From Mobula hypostoma (Eukaryota), in the NCBI RefSeq assembly GCF_963921235.1, contig NC_086109.1:20648001-20712000 (forward strand): a stretch of 64,000 bases of DNA. The letters are read 5' to 3'. Below, piece after piece: positions 38,216 through 51,044 of this stretch. Both the position numbers and the translations under genes were made by a program. Under the pieces are notes generated by a model, which worked only from the letters and a program-made list of their open reading frames with translations, ran no database searches and had not been told where the DNA came from. Numbering within the stretch: position 1 is the first letter of the stretch; each line of letters begins with the position of its first letter.

Positions 38216-39924
38216 GACAGATTCAGCTTGTGGACATGATATGTTGGCGCTGGAATGTGTGGCAACATCTGTGGGCTGCCCCCAGCACATTCAAACAACG
38301 TATTTTACTGTACGTTTCCATGTACATGTGATAAATCCAAACCTAATTTCAGTTACACTTCCTGCACCAAAACAATAATAACATATCAAAAGTATTTCAC
38401 TGTCCAGCAAGAGCTTTGGGCTGTCCAAAAACCGTGAAAGGCACTCTTATCTTTCAATTTTTGTACTGGTCCATGGTGAAACTAGTTTCATAAAATAGTA
38501 AGCATTCCTGATCCCTTCAGCAGACCAAGGATCTGCAATAGTAGCTACATAATTCAACTGAAATTTAGAAGTCTGGCTTTTCCATGCATTCCTATCAATT
38601 TGTCTTTACAGATGATAATGGCACAAGCTCACACATGATGAATGGTCATTGGAGTGAGGTCCCGGGGAGAAGTGGATATGGCCATTGGATGACACTCAAT
38701 CTAGTGGTGCACCTTTGGGATAAATGAAGAGAAAATAAATCAGAGACCTCTAGAATAGAACATTAAAGAAAATGGCCAATGGTGCGATCCGTTTGCTGGT
38801 GAATTATCTGGTTATTCTATTTGCCCTGTTCTTCCCCATGGTATTCATAATTCAAATTGGTAATAAGAAACATTCATAAAGTTAAATCTTTTTGATTCAG
38901 TTACTAACTTCAAAAAACCATTAAAAATATGCTCTCACATAAAGAATCCTAATTTTTCTAATCTCTTCTCATGGCAAAAGATTCCTATCCACATCATTGT
39001 CTACTGTACTTTTCCCAACCCTTAATATTGTCAGTGAAGACAATCAAACCAGGATGGAATATTTTAAATTATGACTTGAGCAATGATTGGACTAAATCTG
39101 TCATTGCCCAATTGTTTTTGTCTCCTGTAACCCCACTCGGAAACCTCAGACCCTATTAGCTTTGATCATCTTCCTACTTCTACACGTAGAACCCGATTTT
39201 AAAATTTGTAAATATATAGACCATCCCCAACTTACAAATACTAGACTTATGGGCAGTTCCCATCATATTAAGTTTAAAAAACTATTGTACCACAGAATTT
39301 GTCTTCTTTTTTCTCTCTACTTTTAGTAAGTTTGATGCCATTTATTACAATACTATAAGTTGTCATACCGAGTAATTTTTGTGCATCCTCTGACTCATGG
39401 ACAAGATCAATTTAAGGACATTTATAAAAAATAGAATCCATTTGTTATCTATGGATGGCATGTAAAGAAAGATACTGTATTCCCCTTTTGCTCTTAAATT
39501 CTACTCCTGCCAACAACAATTCATATCTCAGTACTAACCCAGTTAACTCGGATCACCAAATCAATCCAGGTTTCATGTCACTGAACAATTAAAGTTGAAT
39601 ATCATATGACATATTATTGACACACCCGACAAATAATAGTGAAAATAGATTGACATACAGGCAGTAGCAAGTGAGCGAGCAACATCTTGCAGGGTGAAGT
39701 CATTTGAAAACAGCAAGTCTTGTTGGCAGTGAGTCATTGTTTGAAGTACCAAATGAGGGAGCAACATCTTGTAGGGTGGGAGCCAATTGAAAATAGCAAG
39801 TCTCATCAGGACTGAGTCCTATTTGAGCTAATAAAAAGAAGGAAGGTGCAAGCAGAATGGCTGTAGTGTGAGTGGACCAGAGTTAAAGCAGTGCTAAGGC
39901 TTTGGCAGGAACAATGGGAGGCTA

Positions 39925-40253
39925 AGGGTGCTTCTTCAGAAGAGCAGGCTCTGTCAGTAACCTGACTTGGTGTCTTTTCTATAGGGCAGGGCACCTCTAC
40001 AAGCCACACCTCCAAACTCATCTCATTGATTGGAACACACGACTCCAAACAGCTTTTGTAGAAGGCATTACCCCAGAGGTTTACATACTTTTTCCAACAA
40101 ATACATGTATTATTGGATAATTTTTCTCAATAAATATTTATTTAATTGGGTTCTCTTTATCTAGCTTGCATGAAGATCTGATCACATTTTAGGACATATT
40201 TATGCAGAAATAGAGAAAATTCCACAGGGTTCACAAACTTACTAGCGCCACTG
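39925..40253 (-). mobile_element. Tc1-like terminal fragment
   Basis: Ends ...ttcacaaacttactagcgccactg|ta. Reverse complement of about 41912-42250. Confidence 0.75.
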
Positions 40254-40259
40254 TATAGT

Positions 40260-40995
40260 GTAGGGAAGTGTATGGTCGTGCACTTTGGTACAAAGAATAA
40301 AAGGTGTAAGATTCTTCTCTAAACAAGGAGAAAATTCAAAAATCAGGAGGTGCAAAGGGACTTGGGAGAATTTGTGCAGGCTTTCCAAAGGTTAACTTGC
40401 AGGTTGAATCGAAGGTAAGGAAGGCAAATGCAATGTTAGCATTCGTTTAAAGGAGGACTAAAATACAAGAGCAAGGATGTGATGCTGAGGCTTTATAAGC
40501 CATTGGTCATACTGCACTTCGGAGTATCGTGAGCAGTTTTGGACTCTATCTAAGAAAAGATGTGTTGGCATTGGAGAGGGTACTCGCTGGAGTTTAGAAG
40601 AAAAAGGGAGGGAACTCACCGAAAGCTATTGAATATTAAAAGGCCAAGATAGAGTAGATGTGGAAAGAATATTTCCTATAGTGGGTGAGTCTCTGATCAG
40701 AGGGCATAGCCTCAGAATAGAGGGATGTCTATTTAAAACAGAGATAAGGAGAAATTTCTTTAGCCAGAGGATGGCAAATCTGTGGAATTCATTGCCACAG
40801 ATGGCTGTGGAGGCCTAATCATTGAGTGTATTTAAAGTGGAAGTTGCTGGATCCTTGATTAGTCCAGGCTTAAAAAGTTATGGTCAGAAGACAGGAGAAT
40901 GGGGTTGAGAGGCATAATAACTCAGCCACGATGAAATAGTGGAGCAGAATCAATGGGTCAAATGGTCTAATTCTGTTCCTAAGTCTTATGGTCCA
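40260..40995 (+). mobile_element. CR1 LINE 3' fragment
   Basis: Colinear with 12030-12835 apart from an internal deletion. Confidence 0.85.
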
Positions 40996-41911
40996 ATTAT
41001 ATCTGTCCAAGTAGTTTGGCTGAATTACTAGGTATTGTTAATTTTTCTGGAAATTACTAACTAGACTGAATACCATTCAGGAATATATTGCTTCATGTAG
41101 GAATATAGCACTGCAAGGCATTTTGTTGCATTAGCATACAATACTTCATAATTTCATTTCACAGTACAGTATGACTAAACAAAACTTGAATTTATGTATC
41201 AGCTTTTGTGATGTGGGAATGTCTAAGCACCTAACTGCAATGTCATACTTACTGATTGTTACTAATGACACAAAGTTTGCTTCCTTCCCTCCAATACAGT
41301 ATTGCAAATAAACAGTATAGCATTACATTGTGCTGTCATGTACAGTATTGCATGGAGTCAATATGCACACCAGTATAACAATGAATGGAGTCTGCGAGCT
41401 TCACGGCATTTTGCCTCACTATACGATGAACTGAGACCAAGGCTATGGGCTTGCTCTGGGATTCAAGTCGATGGCCTTAATTTGGTTTAGAATGCGATTG
41501 CTTGCTTTTATTGTTTACATGGTGAGTTTTGTCCCCTCTTTCTCTGCACACTGGGTACTGCTCTTCTTTTTAAATTGGGTTCTTTCGAGGTTCCTGCTTT
41601 GTGGCTGCTTGTGAGCAGATGAATCGCAAGGTTGTACAATTTCCACATACTTTGATAATAAGTATATAGTCAAAGGATTCAAAGTACATCAACACAATAC
41701 AGCAAGGGGCTTCGACAAGCCAGGGCAATATTATATAATGTTGTGAGATATGATAAATGAATTCAATACTGTGCGGTGAATAACAAAAAAATAACACAAT
41801 GGACAGTGTAATAATACATATTACTACATTACTGCATCATGTGTAATACATACCAATGTGTTAATACACAATGTCATGAAATACCCTTCCAAACTGCATG
41901 GTGTTGTAATA

Positions 41912-42350
41912 CAGTGCTGCTAAAAGTTTGTGAACACTAAAATTTTCTCTATTTCTGCATTAAATATGACCTAAAATGTGATCAGATCTTCACGCAAGTC
42001 CTAAAAATAGATAAGGAGAACCCATAACAGAAAAAAATTAAACTTGTTCATTTATTTATTGAGAAAAATGATGCAATATTACATGCATTTGTTGGAAAAA
42101 AATTGTGAACCTCTGGGGTAATACCTTCTACCAAAGCTATTTGGAGTCAGGTATTCCAATCAATGAGATGAGATTGGTGTGGGTTGTAGAGGTGCTCTGC
42201 TCTGTAAAATGACACATAAAGTCAGGTTACTTGACAGAGCCTGCTCTTTCAAGAAAGATATGTTTATATGCACCATCCCTCAGTCAAAACAATTTTCAGA
42301 GGTCCTTAGGAGAATTGTAGAGATGCATGAAGCTGGAAAGGCTACAAAAG
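41912..42350 (+). mobile_element. Tc1-like left end with transposase start remnant
   Basis: ta|CAGTGCTGCTAAAAGTTTGTGAAC. Peptide PQSKQFSEVLRRIVEMHEAGK resembles a Tc1 HTH. Confidence 0.75.
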
Positions 42351-42999
42351 CAAAAGGCAACGAACCTTCTATTACCACTTTATATGGAAGTAGCAAACTG
42401 CACACTGGGGTGATATATCTCAATAAACTGATGCACCGTACCAGTTTATACATGTTGCATGAATATCACCACATACTGTACTCTGACACAACAGCACTTT
42501 GCACTTCAATACATTCTCAAAAGGAAATTGCACATTTGTGTTATATACCCAATATCATGTTATATGATGTTAATCAGCTAGTCAACCAACTGTTCTATTC
42601 TAGTACTAATGCTTCAGACCCACTTTTTCACATCTAGTCAGTGCATGTATGAATGTCACCAGCATATTCTTGGCAAAATCCCTAGTACCAAACAAAAGCC
42701 TGATCCATCAGAAAAAAAAATCAATCTAGTTAAGGAAATAACACAGGTGCCTGCAGTAAAATTCAAAGCACATATAGGTTACATTTATAACCCTGGGATT
42801 CATTTGCTTGCAGGCTATCACAGCAAATACAAAAAATGCAATGACATACAGCACCCAGCAGGACAAACAACAAGTGTACAAAAGACAACAAACTGTAAAT
42901 ATAAAGAGAAAGTGGTAATAATAATGATGATAAATAAATAAGCAATAAATATCTAGAACATCCGATAGAGTTCTTTAAAGTGAGTCACATAGATTGTGG

Positions 43000-43133
43000 C
43001 AAACACGAGGAATTCGGCAGACGCTGGAATTTCAATCAACACACATAAAAGTTGCTGGTGAACGCAGCAGGCCAGGCAGCATCTATTGGAAGAGATACAG
43101 TCGACGTTTCGGGCCGAGACCCTTCGTCAGGAC
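43000..43133 (-). mobile_element. Young 134-bp Penelope tail mini-element with TSD
   Basis: Flanked by ACATAGATTGTGG at 42987-42999 and 43132-43144. Same family as the 26982 and 47639 copies. Confidence 0.85.
43098..43133 (-). ncRNA. Minimal type I hammerhead ribozyme motif with intact core
   Basis: Minus strand reads GUC-CUGACGA-A-GGGU-CUCG-GCCC-GAAAC-GUC^-GAC. CUGANGA and GAAA cores, stem II, palindromic ACGU stem III, GUC cleavage triplet and GUC/GAC stem I are all present. Confidence 0.75.
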
Positions 43134-46019
43134 ATAGATTGTGGTAACAGTTCAGAGATGGGGCAAGTGAAGTTGAGTGAAATTATTCCCCCTGGTTCAA
43201 CAGCTTGACAGTTGAGGGGTAATAACTGTTCCTGAAACTGGTGGTGTGTGTCCTAAGGCTCCTGTACTTTACTCCTGAAGCGAGAAGAAATCATGGCCTG
43301 GATACTGGGGGTTCTTGATGATGGATGCTGCCTTCCTGCAACAGTACGCCATGTAGACATGCTCAATGGTGGGGAGGGCTTTACCCATGATAGACTGGAC
43401 CATATCCACTACTTTTTGTCAGCTTTTCCATTCAAGGGCATTGGTGTTTCCTACCAGGTCGTGATGCAACCTGTCAATATAGTCTCTGCCACACATCTAC
43501 AGACATTTGTCCAATATTTATTTGACATGCCAAATCTTCACCAACTTCCAAGAGATGCTGCCATGCTTTCTCTGTAATGACCCTTGGCAGTGGGCCCAGG
43601 AATGATTCTCTGAAATTATAACACCTGGGAATTTAAAATGACTGACCCTCTCCACCTTTGATCCCCCAGTGATCAGTTTCCTCCTCCTGAAATCAATAAT
43701 CATCAACTTTGTCTTGCTGACATTCAGGCAGATTTTCATTTTTCCTCCTATATGCTGATTCGTCACCACTTCTCATTCAGCCGACAGTGAGTGTTGTCAG
43801 CAAACTTAAATATGCCATTGGAGCTGTGCTTAACCTCAGTCATACTAACAAGTGAGTACAGCAGATGACTAAGCACACGGCATTATGGTGTACCTGTGCT
43901 GATGTACACTGTGAAGATGCTGTTGCCAATCCAAACTGACTGGGGTCTGCAGGTGAGGAAACTGAGGATTCAGTTGAACAAGGACACATTGAGGACTAGG
44001 CCTTAAAGCTCATTGATGGGATTTGATGGGATGATAGTATTGAATGTTGAGCTGTAGTCGATGAAGACCATCCTGATATATGCATCTTAGCAGTCCAGAT
44101 GTTTCATAGTTCAGTGAAGAGCCAATGAAATGGCAACTGCTGTTGAACTATTGTGATGGTAGGCGAATTGGAGAAGATCCAAATCGAGAGAAAGAGAGGG
44201 AGACACACACACACTCACTCACACTCACACTAAGGGATAGTCATTGAGGCAGGCTACCAAGTTCTCCTTAGGCACTGGTATAACTGAAGCCTGCCTGAAG
44301 CAGGTGCGCATCTCAAACTGCTGAAAGGAGAGTTAAAGATATCAGTGAACACTCCAGCCAGTTGATCAGCCCAGGTCTTTAGTATTTGGCCAGGTACCCC
44401 ATCTGGGCCAGATACTTTACATCGGTTCACCCTCCTATAGGATTCTCTCACATCAGCCTCAGAAACTGATATCACAGGGTCATCTGGGGGCTGTGGAGTT
44501 CATGAAGGGGTCTCCATCTTTTCACAGTCAATGGAGTACAACAGGCATTGAGCTTATCTGGGAGCAAAGGCTTATTGTCACCCCTGTCGCTTGGTTTCAC
44601 TTTATAGGAGGCCTGCCATTCAAGCCCTGCCACAGCTGTCAAGCACCCTTCAGTGATTCAAGTTTGGTCCGGAACTGTCACTCTGCATGCGACATGGTTT
44701 TCTGGAGATTGTACTTGGACCTCCTATATTTTGCTTGGTTGCCAGACCTGAACACTGATCAGCAGACTGTGCCATCTCTTGGTTCATCCTGCACTAATAA
44801 CTGAGGAAGACGCTAAATGATTTTGTGGGGGGGGGGGGGACACCTACCTACAATTGTTTTTATAAAGTCTGTGACAACCATGGTGGATTCATTCAGATCC
44901 TCCAATGAGTCATTGAACACGGTTCAGTCCACCAAATCGAAGCAATCCCATAGCCACTCCTCTACACCCATAACCACCTCTTTGTTGTCCACATCTCTGG
45001 AGCCCTGCTCTTTAGCCTCTGCCTGTGCAGGTAGGAGGAATACAGCCAAGTGATCAGATTCCCAAAATGGTAGGCATTCCTAATCGTAGTATAGCAGTGG
45101 TTGAGTATGTTGAGACCCTTAGTGCTGCTGATAATAACTGGGCAGAGATTTTTTTCCAGACAAGCTGGGTTGAGGTCCCAGACAATGATTTGAAAGGTGT
45201 TGGAATAGAATGTTTCTTGTTTGCTGGTGGCAGCAGTCAGTACCTCAAGTGCCTGCTTAGTATCGGCCTTTGTTGGCAATATAAACTGTGGTCAAGATCA
45301 CAGAAGAGAACTCTTTAGGTAAGTAAAATGATTGGCACTCAATTATTACATATTCCAGGTCTGGGGAACCAGAGTATGACAAAACCACTGTGTCCGAGCA
45401 CCACAAAGAATTTATCATGAAACACAGACCACCCACCTTTTGCCTTCTCCAGTCAGCTCAGTGTATCGAGAAGTCCTCTGGACTGATCACCAAATCCATA
45501 ATGTCCAGAGTGAGCTACGTCTACGAGAAACATAGAAGGCAGCAATTCCTTATTTTCCTCTGATGCAACAATCTTGCCCTTAGGTCTTCAATCTTGTTCT
45601 CCAGCATGTCAGTCTGACTTGGGGTCCTCCTCTCCTCCCTCTTTCAGACACATTGGTGTACCTTCATCTGCTTAAAGAGGCTCTACCTGCATGGTTGAGA
45701 GTCAAGTCCACCAAATCCTTGAGAAGTTTATGAAATTGCTAGTTCATTAAGATGGTTCGTAAGTATTCTACTTACTTAAAAGAAAATTACAGGCTGTAGG
45801 TTGCAGTGAGAGCGGTTCAGAAGAATATATTTAGAAGTTTTCTAAACTGCTCACAACACGCCACTGTGGTTCACCAGCACCACTGGTAATGATATTAATT
45901 GCAAAACTCCTTGCTGCTCAATGAAGTTATTTTTCCATTGAGGAAGGCAATGCAGTGTTTTGGGAGATCAACAAAATCAAGTACAGAAAACATGAATCTC
46001 ACTCTTTTTAGTCAAGGTC

Positions 46020-46683
46020 CTGATTGATACCCGAACTGAAGAATACTGTGCACCTGTGTGGGGCAGATCAGCCCATGCGAAGAAAACAGACCCGTTGCTT
46101 AACTAAGCCTGCCGAATAATCACGGCCACACTGCGCCCCACACCCATTAACATCATTTACAGACTTGCAGGCAATGCTCCCCCAGCGATCCGAAGAGAGA
46201 CTGCAACAAAAATTGAAAAAGGTAACAACAGAACTCGGATCCACAGCATCCACTACATCATCATGTGCCAGTTTCCAACCGCCTCAAATCGAGGAAAAGC
46301 TTTGCTACAGTGGAGGAACTACTGCACGGAACATCCCCCCAAACACACAGGATTGACCTCTGGCAACAAACAGAAGCCAGAACCCCACCAAACAATACAG
46401 TGCAAGACCCCACAGAAATGTTGCCAGACGGGGCACTGCTTGACAGACGGAAGTGGTGCACTCTCAACAGAGCGAGAGCGGGAGTTTGTAGGACAGGAGA
46501 CAATATGGTGAAGTGGGGTTTAAAGACCAGCGAATCCTGTGAGTGTGGCGAAAGGGTGCAGAACATTGAACACATTCTGCGCAACTGCCCACTCTCACCT
46601 GATTTAGCTGACACTGACCTGCTCAACATCAACCAAACACTAGAGTGGCTGGCTGTCTAGTGTGACAAGCTATGATGATGATT
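46020..46683 (+). mobile_element. Vingi/Ingi-like (I group) LINE 3' fragment
   Basis: ORF 46265..46660: WCTLNRARAG...KWG...CECGERVQNIEHILRNCP (CCHC). (TGA)n tail. Confidence 0.7.
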
Positions 46684-47096
46684 AAGTACCTGTAGTCTAT
46701 GACAATAATAGAAAAGAAACTTGTATCTCCATTGCACCTTCTCAAACCTTGGGACATCTTAACATGCTTTATGGTTAAAGATTTTCATAGTGTAAGTCAT
46801 GAATATGGGAGCTAACCTGCACACTGAACTCAGACAAACAGAAAACTGACAATGACCAGACAGCTTGTTATTTGATATCAGAAGGAATTTTATGGCCCTC
46901 CTTTATAACACTATCATGGTTTTTTTTTCCACATCCACCTATGAGAATACACAGAATTGTCATTTAACAGTCCATAAGAAAGAGGACACATCTGGAAGTT
47001 TCACAATGGACACATTTGGATTTGGGTATTTGATCCTCCACAATATTCCGTGTGGGAATTTAAATTGGAGGTGGCAGTTTTTTTTTAAACAAGGTC

Positions 47097-47220
47097 AAGT
47101 TGCGAGCTCGACATCAACCTGGCACAGATGGGAGCGCGCGCTCAGGAGCGCTCTGTCACTGGATCGAACTGGGGAACCTCCATTCTCAAGCCCGGCGCTG
47201 ATCTCACTGCACCACCAGCC
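47097..47220 (-). mobile_element. tRNA-derived SINE head
   Basis: Minus strand GGCTGGTGGTGCAGTGAG (A-box-like) and GTTCGATCC (B box). No clean cloverleaf. Confidence 0.6.
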
Positions 47221-47249
47221 AACCATGTTTATTTTTGTTCTCCAGTGTT

Positions 47250-47550
47250 CATTTATATTTAGCGATACAGCGCAGAATATGTTCCAGCCCTTTGAGCCAT
47301 GCTGCCCCAGCAGCATGCAACAAACCCTATTGACCCTAACCTAATCAACGGACAATTTACAATGACCAATTAACCTACCAGGTACATCTTTCGATTGTGG
47401 GAGGACACCGAAGGAACCAAAGAAAACGCAAGTATTCCATGGGAAAGACCTACAGGGGCTCCGTACAGAATGGTGCCAGGATTCAATTCCAAACTCTGGA
47501 ATGCTCCAAGCTGTAACAGCATTGTACTAACTGCTCTGCTACTGTTGCAG
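47250..47550 (-). mobile_element. V-SINE (HE1-like)
   Basis: caatttacaatgaccaattaaccta...tgtgggaggacaccgaaggaacc resembles the recalled V domain. LINE-like tail at the left end. Confidence 0.65.
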
Positions 47551-47638
47551 ACACAGGAGTGGGAATTGAAACTGTGACCTTTTAACTCTAAAGCAAAGAA
47601 AGTTATAAGGGTCTGCGCTAACCATCAAACGCCTATTT

Positions 47639-47837
47639 AAGCAACACACATAAAAGTTGCTGGTGAACACAGCAGGCCAGGCAGCATCTCTAGGAAGAGG
47701 TACAGTCGAAGGGTCTCGGCCTGAAACGTCGACTGTACCTCTTCCTAGAGATGCTGCCTGGCCTGCTGCGTTCACCAGCAACTTTTATGTGTGTTGCTTG
47801 AATTTCCAGCATCTGCAGAATTCTTGTTGTTTGCGTT
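47639..47837. mobile_element. Young fold-back Penelope tail mini-element
   Basis: 71-bp inverted arms at 47639-47709 and 47729-47799 with one mismatch. TSD AAACRCCTATTTA at 47627-47639 and 47842-47854. Confidence 0.85.
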
Positions 47838-50800
47838 AAAAAAACACCTATTTATGTTAATCTTACATAAATCCCATTTTGTTCTCAACATGCTCTCTTC
47901 CCCTTTAGTAGAACTTTTCCACTAAAGGTACCATTCAATTCCTCAATTCCATTCTTCTCTGATGAAAAACACAAGCAGTCAAAAAAGACCTGATTAATGT
48001 TTCGTATCATGTGGGGAGGTGGGTTGGGGAAGAAAGGGGATTTCCCCCAATACACTTTAAGTCAGCTAATTGGATACCTCATTCAAGCGTGTTATTATCA
48101 TTTCTCCTTTTTGATGATAAATTTTAAAACTTCTAACTGAGCACCGAATAACTAATATACAAAATCCCTCAATTAATTTAAGGGCTTTGAATATGTATAC
48201 AGAATCTCAAAATTCTAAACTCTACAACCGTTCCAATGACACCATGTACAATTTTATACTCCCAGCAAACAACCCAGTGATATTAAGCCATCAACTCCTG
48301 CTGCCAACTGAAAACTGCATTTTATTATTTTGCCTAACATAATGCAAAGAATAGTGGATGCAAAGTGGAAAAACTTTCAATTCTACAGTTTTGTTAAGTG
48401 CAACAAGGTGAATCATGCAAATGAGCCAAGTCAATGTACTGCATCCTGAAACACTTAAATACAATCAAGATATAGACAAAATTAGCATTTCTCTAATGTG
48501 CATCAACACCTCATCTTCTAGTACAGGGGTTCCCATCCTATAGTCCATGGACTCCTTGCTTAATGCTATTGGTCCATGGTATTAAAAAATGTTGGGAACC
48601 TCTGTATCTCGTGCTTCAATTTAAGACTTGCCAGACTCTTAAAGGAGCCATCTTTAGTAATAAATTGGGATCACTTTGTTCAAGGGAATTACATGAACAA
48701 CGTTCAATCATCGAAATACTATGCCAAGAATTCTTTCATCACTCCCTCTTCCTTGGAAGAGATGTAAATATATTGACATGTGTAAATTTTGATAATAAAT
48801 TTACTTTTAACTTTGAACAATTACTTGGAGCCACTGATGAGAGAAGAGTGTCCAGCAGGGATCAAAGGTGAGTGAGCTGCCCTGGAATGGACATGACAAG
48901 CCCCTTCACCATTGGTGCTACCCCTCCCTGGACACCCCATACAGCCATTTAAAAGGCACTTGGACAGATGTGGATAAGAAAGGTTTAGAGGAATATGGAC
49001 CAAACACAAGCAAGTGGAACTAGCTCAGATGGGAATCGTGATCAGCATGGACAAGTTGGGTTGGAAGGGCCTGTTTCCACACTGTGTGACTTTAACTATG
49101 GCAGCCAAACACATAAACTACCAATATTTGTATTATCAACTTTATGTTCACATTTATCATGAACGCTTCCCATATAAACTTGACACACTATAACTGCACT
49201 CCTTCCTCTTCCCCAGCAGGTGATGAAATGTCACCTCTTGTGGAAGTCATATCATAGGTCAATTTAAGCGCAAAGATTTAAGACAGAATTGAATTTAAAA
49301 TCACAGACATTTTATAATCTCCAATCCTGCTCCATTCTTAACATCATACAAGATTAACTATTATATAAACCAAGAAAATGAAGAGGCATAGTTCGTCCTC
49401 AGGAAATCTTTTGATATACTTATACCAGCAACGACCAAGAATCTAACTGCTGGAACTTTTCTGCCCCTTGTTCCTCTTTGAAAAATCTCTTCAATAACTG
49501 CATCATCTTTCTCCAGCATTATAACATATAACAATTACAGCACGGAAATAGGCCATCTCAGCCCTTCTAATCCATGCCAAAATGTTATTATGTAATTATA
49601 CCTTTGGAAAAAATGCTGTAAAAAAAAAATTGTTAAAAACAGACTACTGTTGCACCCATTCAGAAAGATTATGCTAATTTAATATCTGGACTGAGACATC
49701 CTTTATCCTGGTCATTAACACTGGGTGATATTCTTTATCCTAACTCATGGCTGTAGTTGGCAGGTGAAGAGGCTGGCTCATGGAGTTGAAAAGATTTACC
49801 TTTTATTCCCTTTCATATAAACCATTGTTTTCTTTAATCTTGTTGGACCCTTAATCCTTAATGAGAAGATTTTATTCCAGCATCAGCTCGGAAACCGCCA
49901 AAATCCTGTGCAACAGAGGTTGGTAACAACTAACAGAAAAGGGGAAGTAAAACTTTCAACAATACATGATTACCAACTAGAAACACAAATGTGTGATCAC
50001 AGAAAAAGCTCATTCTCACACATATTTATAACGACAATTCTGCAATCATTTCGCAAAGCAAAACTAATTGTCATCATTACATATTCTCCTTTAGTAAACA
50101 AAGTTCATTTTTATTCATAACTCTGAATTGAATAGATACGGCTTAATAATGATATGTCAAACAAAATACTGGGGAAAAAGTCTTGCATGCGCTCAATCAT
50201 ATCAAAAGTATCAGTTGCTGCAACCGTCATTAACTGTTCTGCATTTGGAATGAGTAAAACATCTTTCATCAGGAATAATATATTACAATGGAATAAAGCA
50301 TAATTGGCTATAAATGATTTCACACCCCACCCTGCCCCCAACAGCCCAACCCCCACCCCCAAGTTTGCATACACATTTTAAACTGTGGCCTGACTAAATA
50401 GTATCAAGAAAGTGATTTCTTAAATTTAATGGAAAAACATAGTGGATAAAATCAGTTAGATAAAATTCCAAGGCATGCTGCAATGTTATACAGTCCACTA
50501 ATTTTCTGCAACAATTTTTAAACCTTCATCCATGACAGTCCCACTGGGTGTACTACACCATCAGTTGATACTTTGACAGTACTATCATTTAACAGTTTAC
50601 ACAATATTATATAGTAATACCATCATGCATTAAATGTTAAGGAACAAACTTACAAATTTCATCAAGTCTTGAAGGTGTATGTGTACAGACAAATTTTAAA
50701 GACAGATCCCATGAGGTACCATAAATCACAAACATACGTTATGCGTTTCATGGTATCACATGCCATCTGTCTTCAAAATGGAAGAAAATGTTCAATTTCA

Positions 50801-51044
50801 GAACAACCTAAACAAGAGACTGGAGCCACTATTAAAAAAAAGCAAGTAACTTCATATGAATATCAGTTCTCTTACATGTCACTGCAGGGGTCAACAGCAG
50901 TTTTACAGACTTTATGGAGGGAACCGTGTATCTATTTTTCCTGCCAGTATGCTTGGCACTCCCTCTGAAATTCTTGCAAACAGATAACTTCCAGTGTCAT
51001 CAATTACATGTAATTCTCATCTCAAGAAACCGTTTTTCATGTAG

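Larger units (their letters stand above)
42745..45600 (-). mobile_element. Cluster of Rex1/Babar-like LINE fragments (3' tail, RT, endonuclease region)
   Basis: ORFs 43518..43769 (LNVSKTKLMIIDFRR, VERVSHFKF), 44254..44475 (GPDGVPG...ADQLAGVFTDIFN) and 44962..45279. Probably at least two insertions. Confidence 0.8.

Noticed and set aside
47097..47220. tRNA gene
   Set aside because: A and B boxes are present but there is no convincing cloverleaf. Better explained as a SINE head.
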